Positions 36,538 through 47,889 of a stretch of DNA of 48,690 nucleotides are shown here, piece after piece. The position numbers and the translations under genes were made by a program. The stretch covers positions 1 through 48,690 of the forward strand of contig JAUCBJ010004635.1 of NCBI GenBank assembly GCA_032718475.1, given 5' to 3'. This stretch comes from Nemertoderma westbladi. Its lineage: Eukaryota; Animalia; Xenacoelomorpha. Every line of letters starts with the position of its first letter. Within the stretch, counting starts at the first letter, position 1. The notes beneath the pieces were generated by a model, which had not been told where the DNA came from, searched no databases, and worked only from the letters and a program-made list of their open reading frames with translations.

Positions 36538-38188
36538 CTACGTGGTCAACGGTGGAGGGGAACTGGGGAACTTTTCCAGGATTTCCATAGCCTCCGGTGC
36601 GTTCTGGCCGATCAATAGTTGGACACCTTGGCGGTCGAGTTTATATCTCGGTATGTTGTTGTTTTTTACAAAGTCGTCGCTATCCCAATCATACATTGGT
36701 GCCTGGCTTTCTGCGAAATTCTTTATGGCTACCATTTTAATATTATCTAGTTTACCCACATTATAAATGTCTCCTGGGTTGGACAGTGAAACCTTGTAAT
36801 AACGAGTTTGAATAACTGATTGCCAAATCTGCATTACGCCCGAAAGATTAAATTTCATTGGGTGTCCATCATTCTCGTCAAACAGTTCGTTGGCAAGGTC
36901 TTGGTCTATAAATGATCTTGAACTACCAGTGTCAAGTAAGGCGTTTACTGTGATGTTGCGGTTGTTATAATGTAATCTTACTTGCAGAACGGGGAATTCG
37001 CGAACACCAATCGATTTTGGGCCGGATGTTTGCTGTGATATTTGTTCATCTGATGTTTGTTCTGGAGTGGTTGGCGACTCGTAGGTGATGGCTTCATACA
37101 CCATTACGTGGTTGCAACTTTCATTATCGGTCGCAAATTCGTCTGTGTCGAATTCTTGTTCCAAATATCCAGAAGAATCGTAGGGTGAATGATCAGTGAA
37201 CGGAACTTTTGCTTCCATGTGCGGCACCATGTCTTTCTGATGTAAGAGATAATGATGGTTACCATTACATTTAATGCATTTATATGTATCCTTTAGATAG
37301 CACCTGTTTCTGCTATGTCCGGGACACAAACATAGGAAACATACTCTAAGTGTACCAGCGGTTTCTCTTTGCTTCTCGAGTGATAACTTGATGAACTCAG
37401 GACATTGTGATAATCTATGGGACTCTTTACTACATAACGAACAGCTGGCATAAGTTACGGTCTTAATAATTGGTTTAAGGGTTTTTACCTCAGTATGCAT
37501 TACTTTTTGGGTTTTAAGAGTTCGGTCACGTGAGGGTCTGTCCGAGTGATCTTTGCGTCTAGGAGATGGAGATCTAGAGTCCTTTCGCTGTTGTGCCGCT
37601 ACGTTTAGTGTTATCCGATATATGATAGGAACTCTCATTTTCCTCTAATTCTTCTTCGCATGTAGACAAATCAGTTTGATATACTCGTTCCCGACGTTTA
37701 GCTGTAGGATTTTTATCGAGTTTCGGGTCCGCGTTGCGTTCACGGCGTTGAGTAATCATAAGTAGTGAGGATTCGTAATCGAGATATTTTAGGAAGTCCT
37801 TCATGCCTAGAGCTGATTTGTTATTAAGTTGCGCATTGAGTACGTTGGATACTTCTACTTCTTTAATCTCGTCCACAAATTCAATCATTTCAGTACTTAT
37901 CAAACGTTTGCGATTAACCAACTTTCGATACAGATATTGCGCTATAGATGCCTCATCTCCGTATCTCTCATGTAATAGTTTCCATAATTCTTCTAATCCT
38001 TGTGGATGTCCAATATATCTTTGCACTAATTTCTTTGGATAGCCTTCTAAACAATCAATGAGGAAGCGTAGTTTCTCACTATTTCGTAATGGAGAACTAA
38101 ATATACTATCCTTTAAATATTCTCTGAATGGAAGCAATTTTAACTCATTTCCATCTAATTTAATAATTTCACCAACTTTAACAGCTTG
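36538..38188 (-). pseudogene. Gag core, three zinc knuckles and protease of Y (frameshifted)
   Basis: LWKLLHERYGD; CSLC..H....C, CFLC...GH....C, CIKC...HH.LLH (BEL triple knuckle); ALLDTGSSRSF. Confidence 0.9.
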
Positions 38189-38193
38189 ACGCG

Positions 38194-38505
38194 TGTATGG
38201 AGGTCACGACTAACTGTGGAGCCGGAATAATGTCGGGCGTATAATATACAGGTAGTGACCATACAAGTACAAACAACAACAATGCTGTGCTGGGCCGTCT
38301 GTCTGGCAGTGCGCCCTATGACTGGAGACCTAACTGTACTGATTACAGGACTAGCTAACTGCTGTCTATCGGTCGGTGGTATCCTGAGTCTGTGTCAGGG
38401 CGTAGTCTCTGAATCCTGGTGAGTCATCCCTACAGTACCGCAGTCCCTGAGTATCTGCTGGCATATGGGGCGAGCCATGTAGTGTGGCGAGTTTGTATCA
38501 CTACA
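38194..38505 (-). repeat. 3' LTR of the Gypsy element
   Basis: Two mismatches to 43070-43381 by eye. Confidence 0.97.
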
Positions 38506-38540
38506 CCCCCCTTCTAGTTCGTTGCGGGGTCAACGAACTC

Positions 38541-41500
38541 TCAGAGTCTGTTGGGGGGACGCCTCAAGCGGGAGGGGTAGGCTCTACGAGGCCGATCGAG
38601 TTGTTGAGTGGGGGGAGTGTCAGCCCAGTGTACGCGCTTCGGTGGCGTTGCAGGTGATCTTGGGCCGTTGCCCCTCGGTATCCCGATGGCTGTTGGTGTG
38701 AGTGGGGTGCACTCTCGTGTGCCGGTAGCGGTGGTGTCCCGGATGAGGTGGCGGCGGTTACGGGTGAGGCATCGACTGGAAGGGGTACGTACGGTGTACT
38801 TCCGGTTGGGTCTTGTTTCCGTGACAATCCCAGTGCGGTCCCATCGCTTCGAGACTGGGTTTTGAATTCGGACCGGGTCCCCTACAGCGAATGGAATAAG
38901 GGGTTTGGCTCCGCGATTGTAGGCAGCCATCTGGAGGCCGTGGAGCGAGGGCAGTGCCTCGTCGAGCTCCGCGCGGGTCAGTTGGTGTTCCCGGAGGAAA
39001 GCGCGGCTGTGCATTGGCACTCGCGACCGTATGGGGTGCCCAAAGAGAATCTGGGCCGGCGACATTCCATGGGCGCGGGGGGAATTTCTGAGTTCTAGGA
39101 GTCCTTCCTGGAAAGCATCGGAGTTCATTTTCCCCCCGGTCTTGGTGAGCAACGCCTTGAGTGCCTTCATGGCAGACTCCGCGTGGCCATTGCTCTGGGG
39201 ATATTCGGGAGATGATACGACGGGATCGACCCCCCAGACCTGGAGGAAGTCGGTAAAATTCTTTCCAGCGAATTGTGGACCGCCGTCGGAAGCGAAACGT
39301 AAGGGGGCGCCAAAACGCGTAAATACGTCCCTCGCATGCGTAGCGGTAGAAGCAGAGGTTGGGGGATTCCCGTATTTGTAGACTTCGGGCCAACCGGAGT
39401 AACGATCCGCGATGGCGAGGAAGTTGTGACCGTCGAGTGCGAAGAGATCTCCGGAGATTTCCTCGAATGGTCTTGTGGCCTCGCGCTCCCGTAGCATGGG
39501 TTCCTTCGCGAGGCTGGGGCGTCGAGTGAGGCAGGGCTCACAGGACTCGACGGTGGTCCGAACGTTGTTTGTCAGTCCGGGCCAGTACACTGTCTGGCGG
39601 GCGCGACGTAGCGTCTTCTCGACTCCTTGGTGTGCGGCGTGGAGGCGCGCTAGAGTGTCCCGGCGGGAGGCCCACGGGACTACAATCCGTTGTCCGTAGA
39701 GGACGAGGTCGCGGTCGGATGAAAGTTCATCGCGTAACGACCAAAAGGGTTGGACACCAGGGAGTTGGCGGGACGGCGGCGGGAATCCGGTGCGAACGGC
39801 GCCGAGGAGGTCGACGTAATCGGAGTCGGCCCGAGCCGTTGCAGCCAAAGATTGGAGGAGTAGATCGGGGTGGTCGTCATCCGGATCGAGTTTGTCCCCC
39901 ACAATTGTTGCAGCCACCTGTGACGTTACAGCACATAGGTAGTGGCCCATGTCTCCGTCGTCAACAAGATCATCATCGGATGGGTCGTCTACAGGGGAGT
40001 GGGACAGAGCATCGGGAATGCGGTGATCCTTTCCTCTCCTCCAGATGGTAGTAAATACAAAGGAGGAGAGTTTCGACTTCAGTCGCTGGATCCGTGAGTT
40101 GTCGTTGGCATCCAGCGTCTGGCGGTCGAGGATGGACACCAGGGGCTGGTGGTCTACCACCAGCGTGAAATGTGGGAGTCCCACGAGGTAGAGACGGCAC
40201 TTGTGGGCGGCCCACGCAACAGCGAGGAGCTCCAGCTCCACCATCGCATAGCGCGACTCGGTTTCCGAAATAAATCGTGAACCGCATTCTACCAACCTCC
40301 AGTCGGTCCCATGCCGCTGAAGTAGCGCGTATCCCAACCCGTTCTTCCTTGAGGCGTCAGTCTCGAGCTTAGTGTCGAGCTCCGGATCGAAGGAAGCGAG
40401 GATGGGTGGGGAGACGAGTGTGCGTTTGGTCACCTCGAATGCCGCCTCGTGGTCAGAGTTCCACTCGTATGGATTCCTGGAACGGAGGAGGGGGCGCAGG
40501 GGGGACATCGTAGCCGAGATGTCTATAGAAAATGGGGTGAGTTGCTCGACCAACCCAACAAAGCTCCTCAAGTCTGTAATGTTGGTTGGTCGAGGGAAAT
40601 CCGTTATGGCGCGGACCTTGGATGGGTCTGCCTGGATGCCGTCGGCCCCGGCAATGTAGCCTGCAAACTTAACTTTGGGTTGGGCGAGTTGTATTTTGTC
40701 AGGGTTGAGTGAGATGCCGGCTGTACGGCATCGTGTGAGGAACCGTCGGACACTGGCGATGTGGTCGTCCAGGTTGTCGTCGTATAGAAGGACGTCGTCG
40801 ACGACTTTCACCATACCGGGAAGTCCACGCAATGCGTCGTCGCCCCGGCGATTGAATTCGTCCCCACTCGATATGAGTCCCATTACGCCCCTCCTATACT
40901 TATACCGTCCCCAGGGGGTTACAAAAGTGGTGAGGAGTTGGGATGCTGGGTCGAGGGGGACCTGCCAATAGCCGGCGGCGGCGTCAAATACCGAGAATAT
41001 CTTAGCGGTCGTGGATATCCCGGTAACCGCCACCCGCGGGCTCGGGGTGGGGTAATACGGCCGCTTAACCTGGTCGTTCAGGTGGCGGAGGTCGACGCAA
41101 ACCCGGAGTTTCCCATTGGGTTTGCGAGCAACAGTGAGCGGGTGGGCCCAGTCAGTAGGTTCGGTGACCCGCTCGATGACTTCCCGTCGTTCCATCTCGT
41201 CCAGGTGGGCGCGCACCACCTCGTCCCGCAGCGCAAATGGTATAGGCCTCGCGCCGTTTGCGTGGAACGGGGTGGCGCCTTCCTTCAACTCAACGTGCAT
41301 CGGCTCGCCGGCCATCGTACCGAGCGGTCGATCGGTGTCGTCGAATACATCGGCGAATTCGTTGAGGAGGTTCGCGCGTAAATGTGCCGTAGGATCGGTT
41401 ACAGATGCTACAGAGGCGATGGGATGAGGGAAGTTGGGGTGGAGGAGTTTGAGATCGACGAGTGACCGGAAGGAGAGGATGAGTCCGTCGACTTCCGGGG

Positions 41501-42953
41501 AGACGCCGATGTTCACGATCGCCGAGTTTCCTGCGAAGAAAACTCGGGCAGCAAAAACTCCCATTATCTCCAGTGGAAGGTCGTTGGCGGCGCGTAGATC
41601 CGCAGTGGGGTGAGGAGTAAGGTCCTGGTTGCAGCCGCCCATCCGGTAGAAAATCTCCTGGCTTAGCACGGTGGCTGCAGCGCCGCTATCCGCGAGGACA
41701 TTGCGTATGATTCCGCATACGTCATCATCGTCCACGCCGCGCACCTCGACCTCGATGCGGGGGAGGTCGCAGGCGAATGTTATTGAGTTTATCGGTCCGC
41801 CGCCCGTGATCGTGTTCACTCTCAAGGCGGGTTTACCCGTTCCTTTGCCGCCCCTGGAACTGGGTTTATGTACCGAGTCGGAACGACAGACTGCCTGGAG
41901 GTGGCCCCACTTTCCACAGTTATGGCATTTCGTGTCTTTGGCGGGGCAGTTACTCTTTCCCGGAGGGTGACTGCGCCCACAGTTTCGGCATACTCCGGAG
42001 GCATTAGATGCGTGTTCGGGCGGAGGTGGGGTTTGCCGGGAGGTCAAACGCCCACGTTTGTACGACGACGTGAGTTTCGTAACCGGGGTCCCACGCCCGA
42101 TTATTGAGTCGTTACGCTCGCTCGCCTCCATCGATTGGCAGATGCGTACGCAATCCTCGAGGGAAGGTTGTGGAAGAACCTTGAGGAGTTCGGTGCGGGT
42201 CTCCGACGAACGGATGCCGACCAGGATCTGCGTCACGATCTGTCGATTCCGACAGTGTTCGCAAAGTTCCGCGGCGTCGCCGAGTTCCTCCAGGGCGATC
42301 CGGAACGAGTCGAAGTTTTCGTTCGGGCCCTGTCTCCGGTCGTGGAACTTTATTCCATCGATGGCGATACTGCGCTTTGACCGGAGGTGCGCCTGGAGGG
42401 CGTCGAGAACCGTCTCCACGGTGGTTGCGTCGTCGTCGATGTCGACGTTGAGCGTCACGGTGAGAGTTTGTTGTAGGTCTCGACCAATTGCGGATATTAG
42501 CGAATAAACCTATTCTTCGCGTGGGAATGTGGATGCTTGTTGGCGGTGTGCGTGGACTCGCCAGGCCTCTCGCCACCGATGGAACGAGGTGAAGTCGACA
42601 TCGCTATCGATTTTCTCGAGATCGCGGATATCGATAACGCGGCGTTGTGGTTGACGTGTCGGTGCGGGTTGTATCGGACCGGCCCCGCCGGGATTGGCCA
42701 CACCCGCGCCCGATTGGAGTGCGCCCATCAGTTGCGCGATCTGCGCATTGGCCTCGGCGCGCTCGCGTGCTGCACTGTCCTGCTGGTGTATCAGCATTTG
42801 AGTTAGTTTATCGAGGCGAGCGTCTGCGGCCGCCTCGCGTTGAGTGGCGTCAATGTCGCGTTTTGCCAACTCCTGACGCAAGTGGTTGAGAACGTCGATG
42901 GCGGGTTCAGTGTCGTCCGAGCCCTGTTCGGAGGGAGTTCTGTGGTCGGCCAT
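38541..42953 (-). CDS. Gypsy Gag-Pol polyprotein, 1,470 codons in one frame with one internal TAG at 42510-42512
   Basis: CRNCGRSH and CHNCGKWGH knuckles; LADSGA; LRVCVDL; VVDD; TDAS and ELEL RNase H; HAAH..CEPC; SDGGPQF and SNGHAE integrase. Confidence 0.93.
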
Positions 42954-43069
42954 CAGTTCGCTTCTGCGTTACTCGGGGTTTGGGGTTATGCAGACAGGAG
43001 TACCGGTAGGTCCGTAGGTTTAGGATTGCGTGGTGGTTTCAGTTCACCAACACAAACACAACTGCGCCA

Positions 43070-43381
43070 TGTATGGAGGTCACGACTAACTGTGGAGCCG
43101 GAATAATGTCGGGCGTATAATATACAGGTAGTGACCACACAAGTACAAACAACAACAATGCTGTGCTGGGCCGTCTGTCTGGCAGTGCGCCCTATGACTG
43201 GAGACCTAACTGTACTGATTACAGGACTAGCTAACTGCTGTCTATCGGTCGGTGGTATCCTGAGTCTGTGTCAGGGCGTAGTCTCTGAATCCTGGTGAGT
43301 CATCCCTACAGTACCGCAGTCCCTGAGTATCTGCTGGCATATGGGGCGAGCCATGTAGTGTGGCGAGTTTGTATAACTACA
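43070..43381 (-). repeat. 5' LTR of the Gypsy element
   Basis: Followed on the minus strand by PBS TGGCGCAGT. Confidence 0.97.
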
Positions 43382-43386
43382 ACGCG

Positions 43387-45020
43387 CTTCAGTACGCAGT
43401 ACGCGCTAATTGGCGGGTAAAACTATCTTGAGCTATAGTACTATTAAACATTGAGTTAAAAGTAGAGTTATCACAGAGGCCTACATTAGACTGGGGGGGC
43501 CGGTAAGGATCATTTATATTATTAACATTTTGTGTGTCATTTTGGGGCCCAGTGCCATATTCAGGGCCTTTAACATTGGGTGAGATAGGAAGGCGTGATA
43601 TATTTTCAGCTTCAACACCGTTTATATTTGAGGCTTTCTTTAATATTTGGTATTCAGGGGAGTCCGGGTTCCTGAATACTGTAGCCTTGTTAGAGGTGAA
43701 GAGGTCCTGAGAATTAGCCAGCTTTTGGTGCAGCTCCTCTAGAACCTTGGCGGCTTGCGCAGATTCATTTCGTAATTCTTGTAGCTGACAATGTTGTGCA
43801 ATCTGAAATTGCTCGTTGTTGGCAGCTTCGTCATGCAATTGCTTCAAATGCTGCTGTAATTGTTGCCGCTGCTGCTGCTGTTTTTCCAATGCTTGCCATT
43901 GTTGCTGATTGTGTTCATTCACTATCTCCCTTTGACTATTTAATCGATCTAATTCAAAATCGATATTTGTTAATTGTTTCATTTTATTATTTACAGCTTC
44001 CTGCATAGCTTGCAGGTTTAGTGCGGACTCGTTTACTCTATCCCTATAAAGGGAGTCCTTATTTGCCCGGGCGACCTTTTTACTCGCCCCTGTGGGCCCC
44101 ATGTCCCCCACCGACTCAACCGAACCGATAGACACGGCCGGCCATACGGCGGCATGGTGTCTATCATGAGAGTCGGTGATGGGGGATACGCTAGGGCCCA
44201 GAGTTTGAGTGTTATGGGGATGGGCGAAGGCGGTACTAGACATTCTGTCCGCCAGCAAGGGAGTTGGTCGCACCTGTTTAGGTCGAACAGTGGGCGTAAC
44301 TATTCGGTCCCTATATACTGTAGAAGTTTTTGTCATAAATTTTCAGTCTGACTACTCGCTACAGTAGTTGTCGTAATACCAAGTGATGTTACTTTGGTCT
44401 GAGTTACATTTGCCACTGATTTTAAATTCGGCTTAGAGGGATTTATTAATATGACAGTGCGGGGAATGAGATTGGGAGCCGCTAAAGGCGTATTAATAGG
44501 TTTGAAAAAGTCAGAGTCGGAATCACGGAGTGGGAGTTCCGGGAGACGGCGGCGTTCAACTCTTTCCAAGCATCTTCTGCTCCTGGAAGTTCGAGATTTA
44601 TCCGATGTTTTATCGAACTCGTTGGAAGATGTATAGCACTCTTGTTGTTTGGTTCTGCTTTACTTTAACTGAGTATCCGACTGTTGTTTCTCTATGGATT
44701 CGATCTCATTCAGTATGATCTCCCGGTCCCTTACCGCTTGTTTTCTGTTTCGTTCCGCTACGAACTGATTTTTGCATTCCTCTCGTTCCCGTTCCGCCTC
44801 GAGCTTTCGCTCTTCTGCCTTTCGCTCCTGCGCTTCGTACTCAAGCCGTAATCATTCGTCTTCCGCTTGATTGTCTAATTGTTTTAATCTATTTTGTTTT
44901 TCCTCCTTGATCCTATCCAAATTCGCTTTTCGTTGGGTTGCTAAATCCATGTCTTTGTCGATATCTTTTAGGATTTTCTTGGTGGTGGGACTAGTTGGGC
45001 AATGTCCATGCAATCTCCTT
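43387..45020 (-). pseudogene. Coiled-coil, Gln-rich Gag N-terminus of Y
   Basis: ORF pieces 43389-44336 and 44333-44569 plus upstream E/R/K-rich frame; joins 38188 in frame after removing the Gypsy element and a 7-bp duplication. Confidence 0.75.
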
Positions 45021-45063
45021 ATTAACATAGTACATAATTAACATTAACAGTACACTATTAACA

Positions 45064-45562
45064 TAGTAGCATTTTACCAATATAGTTGGCGATGTGAGAT
45101 TACCAATAATAATCTCACCTCATAACCAACTAGGGGGGGGGGGGGGGGCGACACACGCCGTAAGCCACAGAGTGAGGTGAGAGGTCAAACCACCTCAGAG
45201 GGAGAAACAAGCTAGTGAGCCTAGCACGAGGGATAACGGGAACAGGGAGTGGCGAGGTGACAATTAATCAGGTTAAGCCAATAGTGGGCGGGAAAGCACA
45301 TTGGGGGTGAATAGAGCATATCTATTGGATATTAAGGCCGCTCTGTAGTGTAGAACTAATGTAATATTATGTGTCAATGATATAACCGTTATGATTACTG
45401 ATTTAGTTGGTTCTCCTTATAGTTGTGGAACCGGAATAGTTTTGACCGTCGTCACTAACCACTGTATTGCATGCTGTTATATTCAGACTGTGCTATTATC
45501 GATTACTGCCATTACTGCATTATTAACATTTAGTTATTCAGTAACTCAGTTATTTTGAACGG
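45064..45562 (+). repeat. LTR fragment of family X, truncated at both ends (possible remnant of the 3' LTR of X)
   Basis: Direct repeat of 14285-14738. Confidence 0.88.
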
Positions 45563-45563
45563 A

Positions 45564-47606
45564 TTTAACACATACATCCTTAAATATGGTGAAACCCTTT
45601 CGATTCAAATCCTCGAAAGCAGAGAGACGTTTATTTACCTGTCCCTTCAGGATGTGATCACGGAACTGACTATCAATACCAAAGAAAGGGAATAAAAGCC
45701 TTCGAAAACATTCGAAACTTTGGAACTTACCTTCACGGTTGACTTTGGCAAGCTGGGTGCCGAGAAGTAAGGGGTGAGACCTCAAAGTTCTACTACAAGT
45801 ATCGGCCAACCAACCTGACAGTAGAGTTCTCGTAATCATATAAATAGCCAAAGAAGGCCGAAGGGGGACACTAATATTGGAATAAACTGCACCCGGAGCG
45901 GTTAAGGGACCATTAAAATAATAACGGGAATAATTATCACCGTACAGATTTAAATAGCAGTTATACCGACCTTCCTTGAAATCCCAACCGAGTTCATGGA
46001 ATGAGATATGCCCGATGCCGGTACGTTCGGCTCTGCGCATTCCGCTTCCCACGCATTCGTAAATAACGCGGAAAAAGCCACGATCCTGAGCCCACGGGAG
46101 GATCATTTGCATGTCCGCAAAGGGGTAAGGAATATCTAGCAACGAGTTGAATTTCGAGGAGACGATGCCAGTGATTTGAGAAAGTGTGAGACAATTGGGG
46201 TTACTATTCCCAACTTGTACACAGTGTTACAACTCAGAAAACACAGGGCTTCCAGAGTTATTTAACTATATTCGAATATTATAGGTGGGAGTGTGTTTTT
46301 AGGCTATAAGCGGCGTTTTTTCATGTTACTACCTACAGAACCAGTTAAAAGGTTATAACTTTTGAGGAGACAGTGCCAGTGACTTGAGAAAGTGTGAGAC
46401 AATTGGGGTTACTATTCCCAACTTGTACACAGTGTTACAACTCAGAAAACACAGGGCTTCCAGAGTTATTTAACTATATTCGAACATAATACGTCGGAGT
46501 GTGTTTTTAGGCTATAAGCGGCGTTTTTTCATGTTACTACCTACAGAACCAGTTAAAAGGTTATAACTTTTGAGGAGACAGTGCCAGTGACTTGAGAAAG
46601 TGTGAGACAATTGGGGTTACTATTCCCAACTTGTACACAGTGTTACAACTCAGAAAACACAGGGCTTCCAGAGTTATTTAACTATATTCGAATATTAGGT
46701 GGGAGTGTGTTTTTAGGCTATAAGCGGCGTTTTTTCATGTTACTACCTACAGAACCAGTTAAAAGGTGATAACTTTCGAGGAGACTGCCAGTGACTTGAG
46801 AAAGTGTGAGACAATTGGGGTTACTATTGCCAACTTGTACACAGTGTTACAACTCAGAAAACACAGGGCTTCCAGAGTTATTTAACTACATACGATTATA
46901 ATACGTGGGAGTGTGTTTTTAGGCTATAAGCGGCGTTTTTTCATGTTACTACCTACAGAACCAGTTAAAAGGTTATGTATAGGTCGGGGTATATTGCCGA
47001 ACCGAGTTTACAAATCCTCTTGTTGATCAACAGGTCAAGGACGGGTTGCAGTAACATTGAGGGTTCGATACCAATCGCAGGGTGCCGCTTGGTTTCAATG
47101 ACGTAACGGTAGGACTTTTCGAACTGTCCATGCCGAGGTAACATTTCCTGGAAGGAGGGAGGGGTAAAAGATGCATTAGAGCTACGGGAGGTTCGCGTGA
47201 ATACATGAGTGGCTCCGGTGAGACCATGGATATGTATTAACCGTGTGGTGCTGAGTTCATCATTCGAAACCGAACCTTCATTGTCGTATAGCATCACACC
47301 ATACTGTTGGATAATCTCGAGCGTGTTATTAAATTCGAGATACGCAATGGTTTCGTCCACTTCAACTGGCGTCCATAAGCTGTCGAGGGATCCGATGGAG
47401 CCTCGGGCAATAACTACCGATTTGTAACTTGGACGTTTTCTACGACAGAGTTTTCTTTCATCACCGTAGAGAGTTTGTCTTCCCGAATCCCAGTGAATTA
47501 ATCGATCACTAATGAAATTAGCGGGATTACGAGCAGGTGCGGGTTTGTCTTCTATAGTTTGTATATTAAAAGGTTTACGGAAGGCGTTCAGTTTAACCAT
47601 GTGATC
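45564..47606 (-). pseudogene. Second copy of the exonuclease-domain segment (equals 31820-33044), split by a satellite
   Basis: 45564-46147 matches 31820-32404; 46976-47606 matches 32414-33044; scattered SNPs. Confidence 0.93.
46152..46975. repeat. ~208-bp satellite, 4 copies
   Basis: GAGGAGAC recurs at 46156, 46364, 46572 and 46778. Confidence 0.95.
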
Positions 47607-47713
47607 ATGGTGTGGCCTTAACCTCAAATAATTATTGTTAAATTTTTATTTTTAATTATTTTTTAAAATAATAAAGTATAATTAATAATAATAGCCTACA
47701 TCGCCGCACTTAC

Positions 47714-47889
47714 TTTGAGTAAATCGTAACTAAATTCGACACGAAAGTGATCAAACGTAAGAACAATTTCGGTGCCAGAAGCGCCCTGGATTAGATAACT
47801 ACAATCCGCAAAGCTAGGATAATTCCCGGGGTGGCCAGGTGACTGTATTACATTGCTTGTCAATTCATTGTAGTTGGTGGCTGGACAAA
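47714..47889 (-). CDS. Host gene exon: N-terminal half of CUB domain (CPATNYNELTSNVIQSPGHPGNYPSFADCSYLIQG...FDHFRVEFSYDLLK)
   Basis: 176 nt; acceptor catttttag (phase 1), donor gtaagt (phase 0); SP..P..YP...C motif; phase matches exon 11316-11478. Confidence 0.92.

Larger units (their letters stand above)
38194..43381 (-). mobile_element. Full-length Ty3/Gypsy LTR retrotransposon, probably Mag clade, 5,188 bp
   Basis: 312-bp LTRs with TG...CA; TSD ACGCG at 38189-38193 and 43382-43386; PBS TGGCGCAG; PPT AGAAGGGGGG; order PR-RT-RH-INT. Confidence 0.97.
29137..45020 (-). mobile_element. BEL/Pao element Y: gag, protease, integrase C-terminus, large extra ORF and long AT-rich tail; 5' LTR missing; boundaries approximate
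   Basis: Collinear minus-strand domains; candidate polypurine tract at 29313-29333 and candidate 3' LTR at about 29137-29311 (unconfirmed). Confidence 0.65.

Noticed and set aside
38564-43106. Many overlapping ORFs on both strands in the Gypsy and BEL regions
   Set aside because: Shadow ORFs expected in GC-rich coding DNA; no recognisable motifs.
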